Source: Rhynchobatus australiae (Eukaryota). From it: 64,000 nt of DNA. The notes under the pieces are model-generated. The model was not told where the DNA came from. It ran no database searches and saw nothing but the letters and a program-made list of their open reading frames with translations. The stretch spans positions 19,147,607 through 19,211,606 of the forward strand of contig JAUZTB010000062.1 of NCBI GenBank assembly GCA_034780895.1. Direction: 5' to 3'. The first letter of the stretch is position 1; every line of letters starts with the position of its first letter. Positions 51,735-64,000 of this stretch are shown piece by piece. Made by a program: the position numbers and the translations under genes.

Positions 51735-51990
51735 TGTCCATTTCAGGACATCCCAAAGTGCTTTACAACCAATGAAATATCATTGGTGTATCTTAGTATG
51801 GTAGCCCATTTGTGCACAACGAGCTCCTGCAAACAACAATTTGTTAACGAGCAGATAATCTGTTTCTACCAACGTTAATTTCAGACTGGACAGGACACTG
51901 AAGTAACTCACCTGCTCTTCTCTGAAATAGTACTATTTTACATCCTCCTGGGAGACCAGAAGGGGTCTATTTCATCCAAAAGACAATAAA
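51735..51990 (-). mobile_element. Deu-domain SINE (SacSINE1/AmnSINE-like)
   Basis: TCAGGACATCCCAAAGTGCTTTACAACCAATGAA..TTTGTGCACA..CAGATAATCTGTTT..CCTGCTCTTC..GAAATAGT..TTTTACATCC..TCATCCAAAAGAC. Confidence 0.75.
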
Positions 51991-52199
51991 TTAATCACCG
52001 GAGTCTGACTTGGGATATTACTGGAAATACAGTCTTTCCATTCATATGTGCACTATCCCATAGAATTGGCAAGTATTTCATACAAAGGAATTGTACATTA
52101 ACTTTCAATGGCATAGACCAGCCTTTCCTTTCAGTTTGTGCAGTTAGTTTTATAATGTACTGAGACCCATTTCCTCCCAAGGTATAGAGTTAATGTACT

Positions 52200-52560
52200 A
52201 AAACCATCTTATTCATTATATATTTAATCTTATAATATCAAATCCAAATCACAGCTATAGTATAAAATTAAAGGTTATGGTTCCTACTAACTCTCATTTA
52301 AACAGAATTTGAATGTACCAAGTCAAATTTGCTTCCATTGTGCATAATTCCAGTGTTATTAAATTCCATTTAGTCCCATAGCATAGAATTCAAATGTACA
52401 AATTGTATTATACAGAATTCTAATGTGTCAAATCCCAAGTTTGCTGAATATAACTCATTATTACTAAATCCTATTCAATATTATTCCAGGATATCAAGTT
52501 GCTCCTTATTCATTCCCATTATGTAAATTCTAATTCACCAAATCACTTCCAGCTGACGAA
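52200..52560. repeat. Degenerate AT-rich tandem repeat
   Basis: Recurring AGAATT(C/T)xAATGT..AAAT variants at irregular spacing of roughly 30-80 bp. Confidence 0.45.
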
Positions 52561-53369
52561 CTGAATGAATGTTTTATTGGTGCTCTATTAATAAAGCTAT
52601 AAACAGAGTATGTTGACAGTTTGAGCGTGTCACAGAATGCAGAAGAGAGGGCTACGTCTATCTGATATTAATGTTGTTTTGTTTGAAACTGACATCTTTG
52701 CCATTATTTTTAACATCGAAACCTTTTTGAAGGCCATGTCCTACTCCTAATACAGATGCAAAACAGAGGCTGCTCAGTTTTACAGAGGCTGCAAAACTCA
52801 CACCTGCAGATGCTGTTTTTTTCTGGACCATGGGTTCCTCATTGATTTCAAGTTGGTGACAACTGCTCAATGCAAGTGTATTGTGCTGCCATATTGGTGA
52901 GGGTGTTGTATGTGATTCCATTGGGCATATCAAGTGAACAAAGTGGGCAGTTCATGATACCAGTTGGCCTGCAATAATCCCAGCACTGCCAAACTGGTCC
53001 CCAATGATTTAAATTAATTCCATCCCTTAACTCAATACTATTGAATATCTATTCAGCCACAGGAAAGTTCTCTATCACTGCTTAATTATTTACAGATTAC
53101 TTGTTGATTGATTTCCACTGGCTGTTGCAAGTGCTCTGTAGAGGTTTGGTCCTTTTTAAATTGACTATAGTCTGCAGGAAATGTCAAGTTGGGTGCTGAA
53201 AGACTTTGCCTTGACATCAAGCTACAGAAGGCATTGAAAATTTTTGATCAAATAAAATATCAATTATCAATACCCATTGAAAATCAAGCTTCTCTGCAAG
53301 TTAATGACTTGTTGACAATGGAGTGTGGCAAGACAAGGCTAACAGTAGAACCTTTTACATGAAGGATAG

Positions 53370-53660
53370 GTCGGTGAGGAGAATTCAAAAGATTCACTGT
53401 CCTCTGGGTGAAGAAAGTTCTTTTCATCCCTGTACTCAAAGGCTGACCCTAATTTTGAGACTGAGATCCCCTGAATGCACACAACCCAGTTGGGAAATAT
53501 CAACCCCTGGATAAGAGGAACATCATCAACCCTGTGAAGCCCCTTAAAAGGGAGAGGTTGTAGATATGTACTCTTCCAAGAGTACTTTTCATTCTTTTGT
53601 GTGAAAGAGCAGCAGGCAGAGTGCAGATGTGGCTTGGTGAGGACTGTAGTTTCCATAATG
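53370..53660 (-). mobile_element. CR1 LINE 3' fragment
   Basis: GAGAATTCAAAAGATTCACTGTCCTCTGGGTGAAGAAA (antisense FFTQRxVNLxNS). Confidence 0.75.
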
Positions 53661-56066
53661 CAGAATGCCATCCACTGTATGCACTTTGCTTTGTGATTAT
53701 TATATGTCAGCTTGGGGTTGGACCAAACTAGGAAGGATTCTCCTCTCTCAATACCCAGTTGTCACATGACCAAATCGGTCAATGCACAGTTTATTGCCAA
53801 TAATCACTATGCCTTCCATTTTTTAGTAGTTTGCTTCCAGTTGCATTTGAACCACCACAGCAAACCAAAGCATGACTCTTGTCTCTGATGTGCAAATGCA
53901 AATCACACCCATATACATAATATGTATTTAACAAAAGCCATGCTGCCATGCACAAAATGGTAGAAGAAACCATTACCATGCTCAACTGTGGCTGCAGTGC
54001 TTGGATTGTTGAAGAGGTGTCCTGCAGAACTTGGTAGAATGGGAAAAGATTTGTGATAGTCTCCTCTAAGCTGCCAACTGAGAGACTGCATTCCCTCAAA
54101 CCCAAAGCCTCCTCTTGGGCATTTGGGCCAAGAAGAGAGCCATAGGTTAAATAAACATGTGCCTTATTTTCCTTTCATGGATGATGTGGGCCCTTGTAAC
54201 AGTCCATTAGCTCTACCATCACTCTGGTCACATATGAAGGTTGGAAGCAACATATTTTTGTTTGACAAAAGCAGTAAAATGGTGTCACATTATTGATATA
54301 CTCCAATAGTTCGGAGCACAAAGCTCAGAGAGTTCATCTGGGAAAGAGTTGCACCTGGAAAACCTGTATGTGTCTGGTGGGAGTAGCTGGGTCAGTGATG
54401 TCAGTGATAAGAACACTCAAGGTATGTTTTGTCTACCCTGCCACTTTTTAACATTTTCACATGCATCCATCATCTCTAAACTGGCTGAGACTGCCCACAG
54501 GCACTGAGAATTAACCAAAACTAGATGTCGGTCAAGAATAGTGAAACAAATGAGATATATGGAATGGTTTCTGGGGATTTGAATCTGTCAATGGAATTGA
54601 TTAGCTTTGGAGCAGAAGTGCAGCAATCCAGCAACTATCCTTCATTTGCTATGTTACTGCATATTGAGAAGCTAATTTAAAATCTTGGCAGAAGGCCTTG
54701 CATTTGCTAATCTATAAATGATGTTCCAAAGTCGTACAATATTAACATCTTGAAAGCCAATACTTGCATGTCACGTTGTAAGATATCATTAAAAAAATGT
54801 AAGTGCCGGACACACGGGAAGGTTAAGCAGGAACAGAGTTGACGGCTGAATCTTCCTGACCTGGGCTTACCACTTGGAATTGTGGCCTGCGTTTGCTGGC
54901 CTGAAGTGTCCTGGACTCCAGTGGCACGGCCTGAACAGCTGCAAGTGCCCTTGTTGAGCACTGTAGAAGATCCTTACATGAAGTGTCCAGAAAGTTTCAA
55001 AAACTGGCTAAGCCCTGATTCTAGTTTTGCTGACAATACAAATTATCAGGCATTTTAAATAATTTTTAAATGTCTCTGAATGCTGGTGACATTTAAAAAC
55101 TAAAGGCCTGATTTTGTTAAACTTTCTTATAATATTGATTGGAACTCTGAGGTAGCCATTAAGGTAAACTTGGGTTTACTTTGTCATTCTATGAATTCAT
55201 TGGGAAATATTTTATTGCAGACATTTAAAAAATGAAGAAAATGTGATGTTATGTGAAAACATCTGAAATACATAAATAATTAAAAACATTAAACAGATAG
55301 AGGTAAAAGAGTGAACAAAGCTTCCCCTTTACTTGAAATTAGCTGGGTCTCAGTCCTGCAGCAGGTCTAACCTAGTGCAAGATCTGAAAGAAGATATCCC
55401 CACATACTGTGACTGCTGGGAATTTCAGCAGGATGGACTTCTACCAGTGGACTCCAGCAAGGAAGTGCTTTGAGAAATTTGGCACCATCAGTCACTTTGT
55501 AAATTTGAGACTTCATGTTTGAAAACATGTGGAAGTTTCAGACTTGCTGCTATTGGAACAACCATCATTTGCCAATGAGGCCCAGTCCAAGATCGACAGC
55601 CTTCTATATGTGGAAGGACAACTGTGTGACATATTTTAACTTCTGACTTCCAGTATCTGAGCAATTTTTCTTTCAAGTCGGTGTAAAATTTAATCTCTTT
55701 TTTGACTAGCACATCTTTTTAAGATCATTGGATGTAGCAGCTTGTGACCAAAGGTGTTAACATGTGTTTCATTTGGCAAGCTTGAAATGGCTATTGCAGC
55801 AGCAAGCAGCTTCAGTGAATAAGTTTGAGAGATGGGACCTGCCTGATGGGAGAATCAAAAATGAAAAGAAACTAATGGTTGTGGAAGGTGAGGATGCTCA
55901 TCTGTAAGAACAACAAATGATCATTTTGCTTAAACTGCCATCAGATCTTGGTTATTGCAGGTATTGCAGAGGCAGGGAGATATCATTAACCTCCTTTAAT
56001 TCCACAATGAAGAGCCTATAATGTGAAAGTGGACAGCAGTGCACCTCTGCATTGTTATGGAGGGAT

Positions 56067-56340
56067 GGGCAGGCACGGTAGTGCAGTGGTTAGCGTAACG
56101 CTATTGCAGCACCAGCGACCCGGGTTCAGTGTAAGGAGTTCGTACGTTCTCCCCGTGTCTGCGTAGGTTTCCTCCCACATTCTGAAGACATAAGGGTTAG
56201 GAAGTTGTGGGCATGCTGTGTTGGCGCTGGAAGCGCGGTGACACTTGCAGGCTGCCTCCAGAACACTCTACGCAAAAAGATGCATTTCACGGTGTGTTTT
56301 GATGTACATGTGACTAATAAACATATCTTATCTTATCTTA
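56067..56340 (+). mobile_element. Young tRNA-derived V-SINE with Rex1-type tail
   Basis: A box-like TAGTGCAGTGG, B box remnant GGTTCA, V domain GGAGTTCGTACGTTCTCCCCGTGTCTGCG, AATAAA and (TATCT)n tail; many CpGs retained. Confidence 0.9.
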
Positions 56341-58490
56341 TGTATTAACATGCAAAGGAGCATAGAACAAGTGGAATTTCTGCACTGATTTTAAGCACAG
56401 TTCTAAAGTAAGCAGGGAGTGTCACTGTTAAATTTGATGTTCAGGGGATCATTTTGAGGGATCACTGTGAGCTGGGCTAAGCCATAATGTGTCTTATTGG
56501 ATGGTATTCAGTTGATAAGCCCAGCAGTGGGGAATAAGCATAGGTTCACACTCCAGCTATTGTGGAGTCATTGCATAACCCTGCATATAGACACCATGAC
56601 CACCCCAGTGAAGTAAGCAGAATAATACTGATGCTTATGGCAAAATATGATTAAAGTAATAACATTGAAATTTTCTTCATCTCCAATACAAAGCCAAATG
56701 GATAATTAACTGAGTTACTTATAAGCTTCTAATCAAAAGTTAACTTTTTATGTAGTTTAAGCAATATCAGGCTGAACTTTCTGGCAATTAGCCATCTGCA
56801 CTGAATTAAATTTTGGACTTACAAAAACCTGCTGGAACCCTGCATCAAATCGGGAAGCCTGCCTTTCAGATCTGACATTAGTCAGAACTGGCGTAGGATC
56901 AGAGATCCCATTCATTCGATGGGGATTCCTGCCCAGGGAATTGCAAACACATATGAAGTTTTGATATTTATTTAAAGGTAGTTTTATTGATTTATTAGTG
57001 ATTTGATGTAATTCAAACGAACTTTTTTCTTTTAATTCAATGCCTATGTTTAATTTTATTTAGATCAATATTAGTGTTTTTATAGGTCTCTGAATGTTAG
57101 ACATTTAAGGATTGTTAAGTGTTTTGTTAGCTTTGTTAGAAGATCAAAGGTCCTTTCCTGTCAAAGGCTGTCAGGACATTCCAGAGACAAGGCTCAAGAC
57201 TATGCAGCTTAAGGTTTTATTATACAGTATCTCCCAGGCTGCCACTGAGGTCAGGAGGCTCAGAGAGGTTTCACCTGTCATCCATACTGGGGAAGTGCAG
57301 GTAAGTGGTGAAGAGTGGGAGAGCACGGATCCAGTGCAATTTGACCCGATTTTGTTCAACTTTATTCAAGCATCAACCAACATTCTCAGCTATTAAGATA
57401 AACTTGGATTTGTCTCATCCTTCTATACATTTATCAGGAAACGCTTTGTTTCTATTCCAGGAATCATTCTATTTGTTATTGGTAACCAATGAGCTCAAGG
57501 AAGACCTGGCGATGAATCTCCTGAGCTTAGGTGACATGCTGGTGTTTCTCTGCACTCCAGCTAGAGATTCAATTGGTAAATTCATTCTGTCTGCAAGGGG
57601 CAAAATAGATGAAAAATAAATGAGGAAGGAGTGAAGTAATAAGATAATCAATCAACCAGCAGCCTTGAGCCACTTTGGAGAAAAGGATACACATCCTCCA
57701 GTTCTATCAGGTACAGACTAAAGATATTGCAGACAAAAATAGCACCACTGACTTCTAAATCATGCTTACACTGATTACCTCCAAAGAACAATAGCAATAA
57801 CAGGCCCACTGGACTTCTCTTAAATATATGTAAATAATTGTTGTAGGCTATTGATTAAATGCCATCATTGTTATTATTTACCCTTGTACGAGCTGTTATA
57901 ATCAACCTTTGATATTACTGCAGATGTTTGGGTTTCAGTGCAGACCTTTCAAGATTCAAACCGACAATGTCAATCTCCCACTTAAATCAAGGGAAAAGTG
58001 CATAAGAAGGCTTGATAATTTAGGGACTTAATCAGTTAAGCGGAACCAATTATTTATGTTAAAGTTTTATATTTTTTACCTTGAGAATATAGGGATAAAT
58101 TCTGGCACTTGGACCTCAGATGAAAAGTCAAGGGGGCATGTTGATCTGCTGTTCAGGAGATATTCGGGGCAGTTTATATCCAATTTAAGAACCGNNNNNN
58201 NNNNNNNNNNNNNNNNNNNNNNNNNNNNNNNNNNNNNNNNNNNNNNNNNNNNNNNNNNNNNNNNNNNNNNNNNNNNNNNNNNNNNNNNNNNNNNNNNNNN
58301 NNNNNNNNNNNNNNNNNNNNNNNNNNNNNNNNNNNNNNNNNNNNNNNNNNNNNNNNNNNNNNNNNNNNNNNNNNNNNNNNNNNNNNNNNNNNNNNNNNNN
58401 NNNNNNNNNNNNNNNNNNNNNNNNNNNNNNNNNNNNNNNNNNNNNNNNNNNNNNNNNNNNNNNNNNNNNNNNNNNNNNNNNNNNNNNNNN

Positions 58491-58580
58491 TCCCTTTTAA
58501 ACCTTTCCCCTCTCATCTTCAGCTTTTGCCCTCCAGTTTTTGGTTCCCTTTCCATGAGAAAAACCTTCTGCCCCACCACT
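58491..58580 (-). mobile_element. CR1 ORF2 C-terminal fragment
   Basis: KVFLMEREPKTGGQKLKMRGERFKR. Confidence 0.8.
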
Positions 58581-58609
58581 TGCTGATATCCAGTTCAATC
58601 CTAAAATCT

Positions 58610-60090
58610 GTTTTTTTTTAGTTCATTTTTTTGAGATATAGACATCACTATCAAGGTTAATGTTTTTTTTTGCTCATCTTCACTGCCCTGAGAAGATGCT
58701 GGTAATCGAACTTGTTGAATTAAGTTCAATCCTTTTGGTGAAGGTTCTCCCACAATGCTGTTGGGTAAGGAGTTCCAGGATTTCGATCCAGCCGCAGTGA
58801 AGGAACAACAGATAATTCCAAGTCAGGATGGTGTATAGCTTGGAGGAGAACCTGTAGAGGGTGGTATTCTCATATCCGTGATGACCGAGTACTTCTTGGT
58901 GGTAGAGTCAAGGGGTTGGGAAATGCTATCAGAGCGGTTTAGCTCAGTAACAGCAAGGCATTTTGTACCTGCCATACACATCATTCACAGTACGACAGTA
59001 GTGAGAGAATGGATACTTTAATGGTGAATGCATCGTCCTGGACGGTCTTGAGCTTCTTGATGGAGATATCTCTTCACATTCCTGACTTGCTTTGTAGATG
59101 GTGAAAAGGCTTTGCGGTGTTAGGACGTGAGTCATCTTTGAACTGCTCTTGTAACAAATATATCTATATGGCTGGCCCAGCCAAGCTTTTTTTCAGTGGT
59201 GCCACCTTCCCAGATGTTGATGGCAGGGAATTTGGTGATGGTAATATCATTGAATGTCAGAGGCCAGTAGTGAAACTCTCTCTTTTTGGAGATGCTCAGT
59301 GGCTGGCATTTGTGTGACAGAAATGTTACTTGTCACTTATCAGCCCATGCCTGAATATTATCAAGGTCCTGTTGCAGGCACATAAGACGAGTTCACTTGC
59401 TGACGAATGGTGAGTAGAACTGAATATTGTGCAATNNNNNNNNNNNNNNNNNNNNNNNNNNNNNNNNNNNNNNNNNNNNNNNNNNNNNNNNNNNNNNNNN
59501 NNNNNNNNNNNNNNNNNNNNNNNNNNNNNNNNNNNGAACTGAATATTGTGCAATTATTAGAGATTAACTCCACTTCAGTTGTAATAATGGAAGGAAAGTC
59601 ATTGATGGAACAGCTGAAGATGGTTAGGCCAAGGACACAACCCCAAGGAGCTCCTGCAGTGATGTTCTGGGGGTTGGATGTTTGATTTCCAAAAACAATA
59701 TCTGTTTTCCTCCATGCAAGGCATGACTCCTGCCTTTCAAGTGTTTCTCCCTTGATGCCCATCGACTTCATTTTTATCAGGGTGCTTTGATACCACAGTT
59801 GTCAAATGCTGCCTTGATATCAAGGACACCTCTGACATTCAGATTTTTGATGCATGTTTCAATAAAAGCTGGAATGAGGTCTGGAGCAAATTGGTCTTAG
59901 AAATCCAATCTGGGCATTGGTGAGCAGGATATTGATACTGTACTGTCAACAACAATTTCCACCCACTCTGTTGATGATTGAAAGTTATTAATGGGATTGG
60001 ATTTATCCTGGGCAATTCTCCATATTGCTGGGTAGGTGCCAATATTGTAACTGCTGGGACAGCTTGACCAGAGCAGTGACTCATTCTGGT
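58610..60090 (-). mobile_element. L2/CR1-group LINE, RT to 3' tail, decayed
   Basis: ORF 59361-59771 ITAGAPWGCVLGLTIFSCSINDFPSII (GVPQGSVLGP motif); ORF 59897 IGTYPAIWRIAQ..KSNPIN; LDIKAAFD motif antisense at ~59800-59825. Confidence 0.9.
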
Positions 60091-60393
60091 TTACAAGTCT
60101 CCAGTATAGAGTCTGGTTGTTATCTCTTTCCATAGATTTTGGATCTAGTTTTTTCAGCCTGTGACTCATTTTTTTGGACATTGGCCTCCTCAAAGAAGCT
60201 TGGCATAATGATAATGGCCAGTGTGACAGTGGCAAGGGGCAGTAAATTTGTTCACACCATCTGCATTGTTTAATTGTCCTATTTCTGAGCACCACAACCT
60301 CAAATAATTCAGTAAGAACACTAACGAAGCAATCACTTAAGAGAGTAATTTTTTGCACGATTTGTACTTGCACAATTTTTTTGTCTGTGCACA

Positions 60394-60465
60394 AAAGCAC
60401 AAATCACAATTATAAGACACCCTCTGGGCCACTTCACAGAAAGTCACTAGACCTTTTCAGGGAGC
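60394..60465 (+). repeat. 72-bp exact direct repeat; second copy 61145-61216
   Basis: AAAGCACAAATCACAATTATAAGACACC...CCTTTTCAGGGAGC is identical; the first copy abuts a 6-N gap. Confidence 0.95.
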
Positions 60466-60619
60466 NNNNNNCCGATCTATGGGTGAATGACAATAAAGTA
60501 TAACTTGAACTTGAGTAAGCCAATAAGTTCATTAATCTTTTGAGATTTTTGTGTGTTGTGTTTTCCTGAGGACCCTACATCTCAGGTGATATGGATATTA
60601 ACACCAACAGTTAACGTAC

Positions 60620-60930
60620 ATAGAATGAAATCATAGAACTGTTGTAGCACAGAAGGAGACTGCTGGAACCACTGGGCCCCTGCCAGCTCCTAATAGGGTC
60701 TCTTTTCACCGCTCTTCCCCCACAGTTCTGAAAATTACTCACTCTCTAGTGTCTATCTACTTCCCTTCTTCAAGCACTCATTGATTGCTTCCACAGCTCG
60801 TAAACACTGTGAATTCTCTGTAAAAATGCCTTCCTTACATCCCTTGCCCAAAAATGTTAAATCTCCATCCCCGGCTACTTGAATCATTTACGAACAGAAT
60901 GAGCATCCCTCAACTTATTCTGTTCTAACC
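60620..60930 (-). mobile_element. CR1 3' tail fragment
   Basis: ATCATAGAACTGTTGTAGCACAGAAGGAG antisense tail. Confidence 0.65.
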
Positions 60931-61843
60931 AGTCAGCTCTGAATAGTGTGGAGGCTTGGAAAGGGGCTGTTTCACTGCTGAATTTCAGTGAGCTATTGCT
61001 GAATAGTTTCAACTGCAGGCAGATGTTTCAACATGCCTGCTTCTTCACCATCCTCTATTTCCCTAGCGTCACCTGCCTTACCTTGCTGAAGGCCCTTGTC
61101 CTTGTCAACGATGAGGGTTTCATTTTAGAGCAAAGTCACGCAGCAAAGCACAAATCACAATTATAAGACACCCTCTGGGCCACTTCACAGAAAGTCACTA
61201 GACCTTTTCAGGGAGCAGAGTCATTGCTTAAGGCCTTGGTTTCTCTGCTTCCTATGCGCTTTGGGTGACCCTGGATTTGATTTTAGGACACTTTGACTGT
61301 GAAATACATAGGTTACAGGGAGGAATGAATTAGGATCCAAGAGCAGCAGGAGCCAGCTTCTGTTTAGAACAACCAGCCTCTTGTTTGCTGTGCAGGGACA
61401 AAATGTGGATGTGTTGGCAGGGGCAAGTGGGGGAGGGATGGTTGAGGGAAGATTGATGCTGTATCAAAGTATCATGACAACTGCTCAGAAAATGGGCACA
61501 GCACAGTTCATCACACTCTAGTTTCACATTAATAGGATGGAAGCTTTTGAGATTCATGAAAGAAATCTGGAAGTCAGAATATTCAAAGCATCTTGCTGGA
61601 TGGTACTGAGGAGACTCCCAGTAACCTGCAGTTGCCTGAACTAGCATCTAATCCTGCTGCTTCCAGTTGTCAAGGGGAAAGTGATGGAAACATCTGTCAA
61701 TGTGCTTACTGCAAACATGAACTGCAGAATCATGGCCCTTAGTCACATTTCCTTTTACGCCCTGGAGGGAAAGACTGCAATGCTCTTGTCTGAAACAGAC
61801 AATGCAATAGAAGTTCTAGAAGTAAACTTCAGGTCTCAGTTTC

Positions 61844-61935
61844 CAGTCCAGATGAAGGGTCTTGACCCAAAACATCAACTGTTCAGTTCCCTCTACAGAG
61901 GCAGCCTGACCCACTGAGCTCCCCCAGCAGCTCTC
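61844..61935 (+). mobile_element. Penelope-like tail with decayed minimal hammerhead (61844-61881)
   Basis: CAGTC-CAGATGA-A-GGGTC-TT-GACCC-AAAA-CATC-AACTG, then CTCTACAGAGGCAGCCTGACCCACTGAG tail. Confidence 0.75.
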
Positions 61936-64000
61936 AGTCTCCCAGTTTACTCAGTTGTCTCCATAACTGGTCCTCTTGGTCTTTACTACTTGAATATTTC
62001 AGTTATCAGCAGCAGATTTGGAGATTGCTTTATTGTCTCTTTCTTCAAGTCATTATCATTCATTAATAACAACATTGTTCATAACAGTCCTTGAGGTTTC
62101 CCTCTCTGTGCCAGCCTCAGTGGGGAAGTGCAATCTCCTTAGGCACTGATCCTCATATGAATACAGAAACGTTTTCCCAGACCAGGAACTCTGGTGGGAC
62201 ATAAGATTTCCTGGAAGCTAATCCCATTCTACTTTATCTGCCTACATTGAAAGCACTTCTGGCTCCTTCATTCTTTCACTGCTGCTCTTCCTTCTCCTTG
62301 TCCTCGAGCCAGAATGGAACTGGCGGAAAAGTCCCAATGCAGAATAAAGTGAGTTGCCTGAGGTCACTGTAGATTTCAGAAGGTAGAAGAAACAATGGAA
62401 CCAACTAAAATGCCTGCAACCACATCAGGAAACAGGAACCAGCACAATGTTGCTCAAACCCTTTCAAATGAGAGCAGGTGACTACCTCTTAAACCAGTCT
62501 TGCAATGGCTATGTTTTACTGCTCCTGGCTTATTTGCATATTCATTACCATCTGTATGAAAAGGTTTCTGTAAAGCCCTTAGTTTTTAACTGTGTTAAAA
62601 GATCTGTGTAATTACAAGTTGTCACTGTATTTTAACCATGCATTCACCTTTGGAATCTAAATGGGAATCTATGGTCCTTGTTCAACACCCTGAAATGGTC
62701 TCTTGGTCCCACATATATTCTTTTGAAGATCTGAAAAACCTTTAGGCTCTTGGTTTCTTTCCCCTCAGTGTAACTTTCTCCAATTATTCTTCACGTTCAA
62801 CCCCATTTACTATCTTTATCCTTCANNNNNNNNNNNNNNNNNNNNNNNNNNNNNNNNNNNNNNNNNNNNNNNNNNNNNNNNNNNNNNNNNNNNNNNNNNN
62901 NNNNNNNNNNNNNNNNNNNNNNNNNCCTTCATACTGACTTACGGGCCAGGATGCCTCACTGTACAACTGCAAAATCACATACGCCTCAAAATATAGGGGC
63001 TTTGCCTAAAATATTTATTATTCGTTGAGGTTTATTTCTCAAGCTTTATATCCAAAGATTTAATGAGCCTTTCTCCCCACCACCACACATATGGTTAATG
63101 GACTCAAAGCACTGGAGACATACCACCAACACTAGTGCCACAAGGTCCTCCAAATCCACTAACAGGATTGAGGACCAACAATGGCCAGCATCCTTGGAAT
63201 TAAGGCTCTAATTACAATCAGCCAGTTGCAATGGAACAATCCTATTTTGTTGTGTTCAGTGATGGCAAGAGATTACCAGGCAGAGTGTAGAAAGATTCAA
63301 AGATGAAAAAGTTTAACATCTTTTACAACATAACAATTTTTGGTCCATGATTGGTCAAAAAGGAGTAAAAACATTTACTAATCTCTTTCAATTTTAAGAT
63401 TGCTATACATGTATCATCCAACTTTGCCAGTTCAAGCACACTTGAATATTTTCTTTTCTGCTGTCTCTTTTCCTCTTGTAATTTCCTGTGGGCTGTGTGC
63501 CAGTGGTTTTGCTTAAGTCTATATGTATTAAATTTACATAGTTCTCCTTGTCACTTAAGTCTGTTTTACCATCAATTTCATCATTTCATTAGAAGGGTAT
63601 GCCAGAAACATTTAAAGTAAAATTCAATCCTTTTTGGGAAGTGAACATTTTCATGTATTTATTACTGTTAACAATCAGATTTATTCTTTAATAGACTTTA
63701 TCCTTTACAAAAAAGGGACTATTTATTGTCTTTAGCATGGATACTTATGTATTATGTAAGAAATTATAAAATATTTTATAACTTAACACAAATCTGTTAG
63801 CTTGTAAGATCTTTGTAATCGATGATATAAAGTACCATGCAAATTAGCTAAGATGTCTGAAAGACAATTTTATGTCCAGGTTTAACTTTGGATACAAATG
63901 AAAGGAAATAACTTCCTAAATGTTAACATTTCAGCTTAATTGTGACTTGCTGTTGTTATACTTCTTTGCTCCAATATATCTCTTTACCACCATGCAACTC

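Noticed and set aside
56067-56135. tRNA gene
   Set aside because: The tRNA-like sequence is a SINE head with a truncated B box and no full cloverleaf; the same applies at 37240.
54700-57620. GC-richer patches as possible DNA transposon remnants or exons
   Set aside because: No terminal repeats, splice structure or protein motif that I can support.
59417-59554. Repeat GAACTGAATATTGTGCAAT on both sides of a 100-N gap
   Set aside because: Unmerged contig overlap within a LINE, not a TSD.
812-59771. Long ORFs containing X runs (e.g. 2914-3654, 16190-16868, 37798-38343, 41577-42230, 58056-58586)
   Set aside because: They are open only because N gaps contain no stop codons.
1-64000. Prokaryotic-type systems (CRISPR array, operons, defence islands)
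   Set aside because: The sequence is vertebrate and repeat-rich, with no regularly spaced repeat-spacer array or dense ORFs.

Overview
AT-rich, CpG-depleted vertebrate DNA from a gappy short-read scaffold with many N runs. The repeat content (HE1-type V-SINEs, HER1/CR1 LINEs, Deu-domain SINEs, Penelope tails) points to a cartilaginous fish, probably a ray (inference). I see no intact protein-coding gene. The ORF track consists of gap-spanning artefacts, microsatellite read-through, decayed retroelement ORFs and short chance ORFs. The window reads as large-intron or gene-desert sequence. It holds many decayed CR1/L2/Rex1 LINE fragments, SINEs, three copies of one LTR, Penelope-like remnants with degenerate hammerhead ribozyme cores, a Tigger-type end, a possible retroviral env remnant, two candidate + strand exons and several repeat-free blocks resembling developmental enhancers. 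The most unusual structure is Penelope inverted arms enclosing local host DNA, seen twice. I cannot support a novel intact coding system here. Boundaries of old repeats are approximate, and family calls come from recalled motifs, not database searches.
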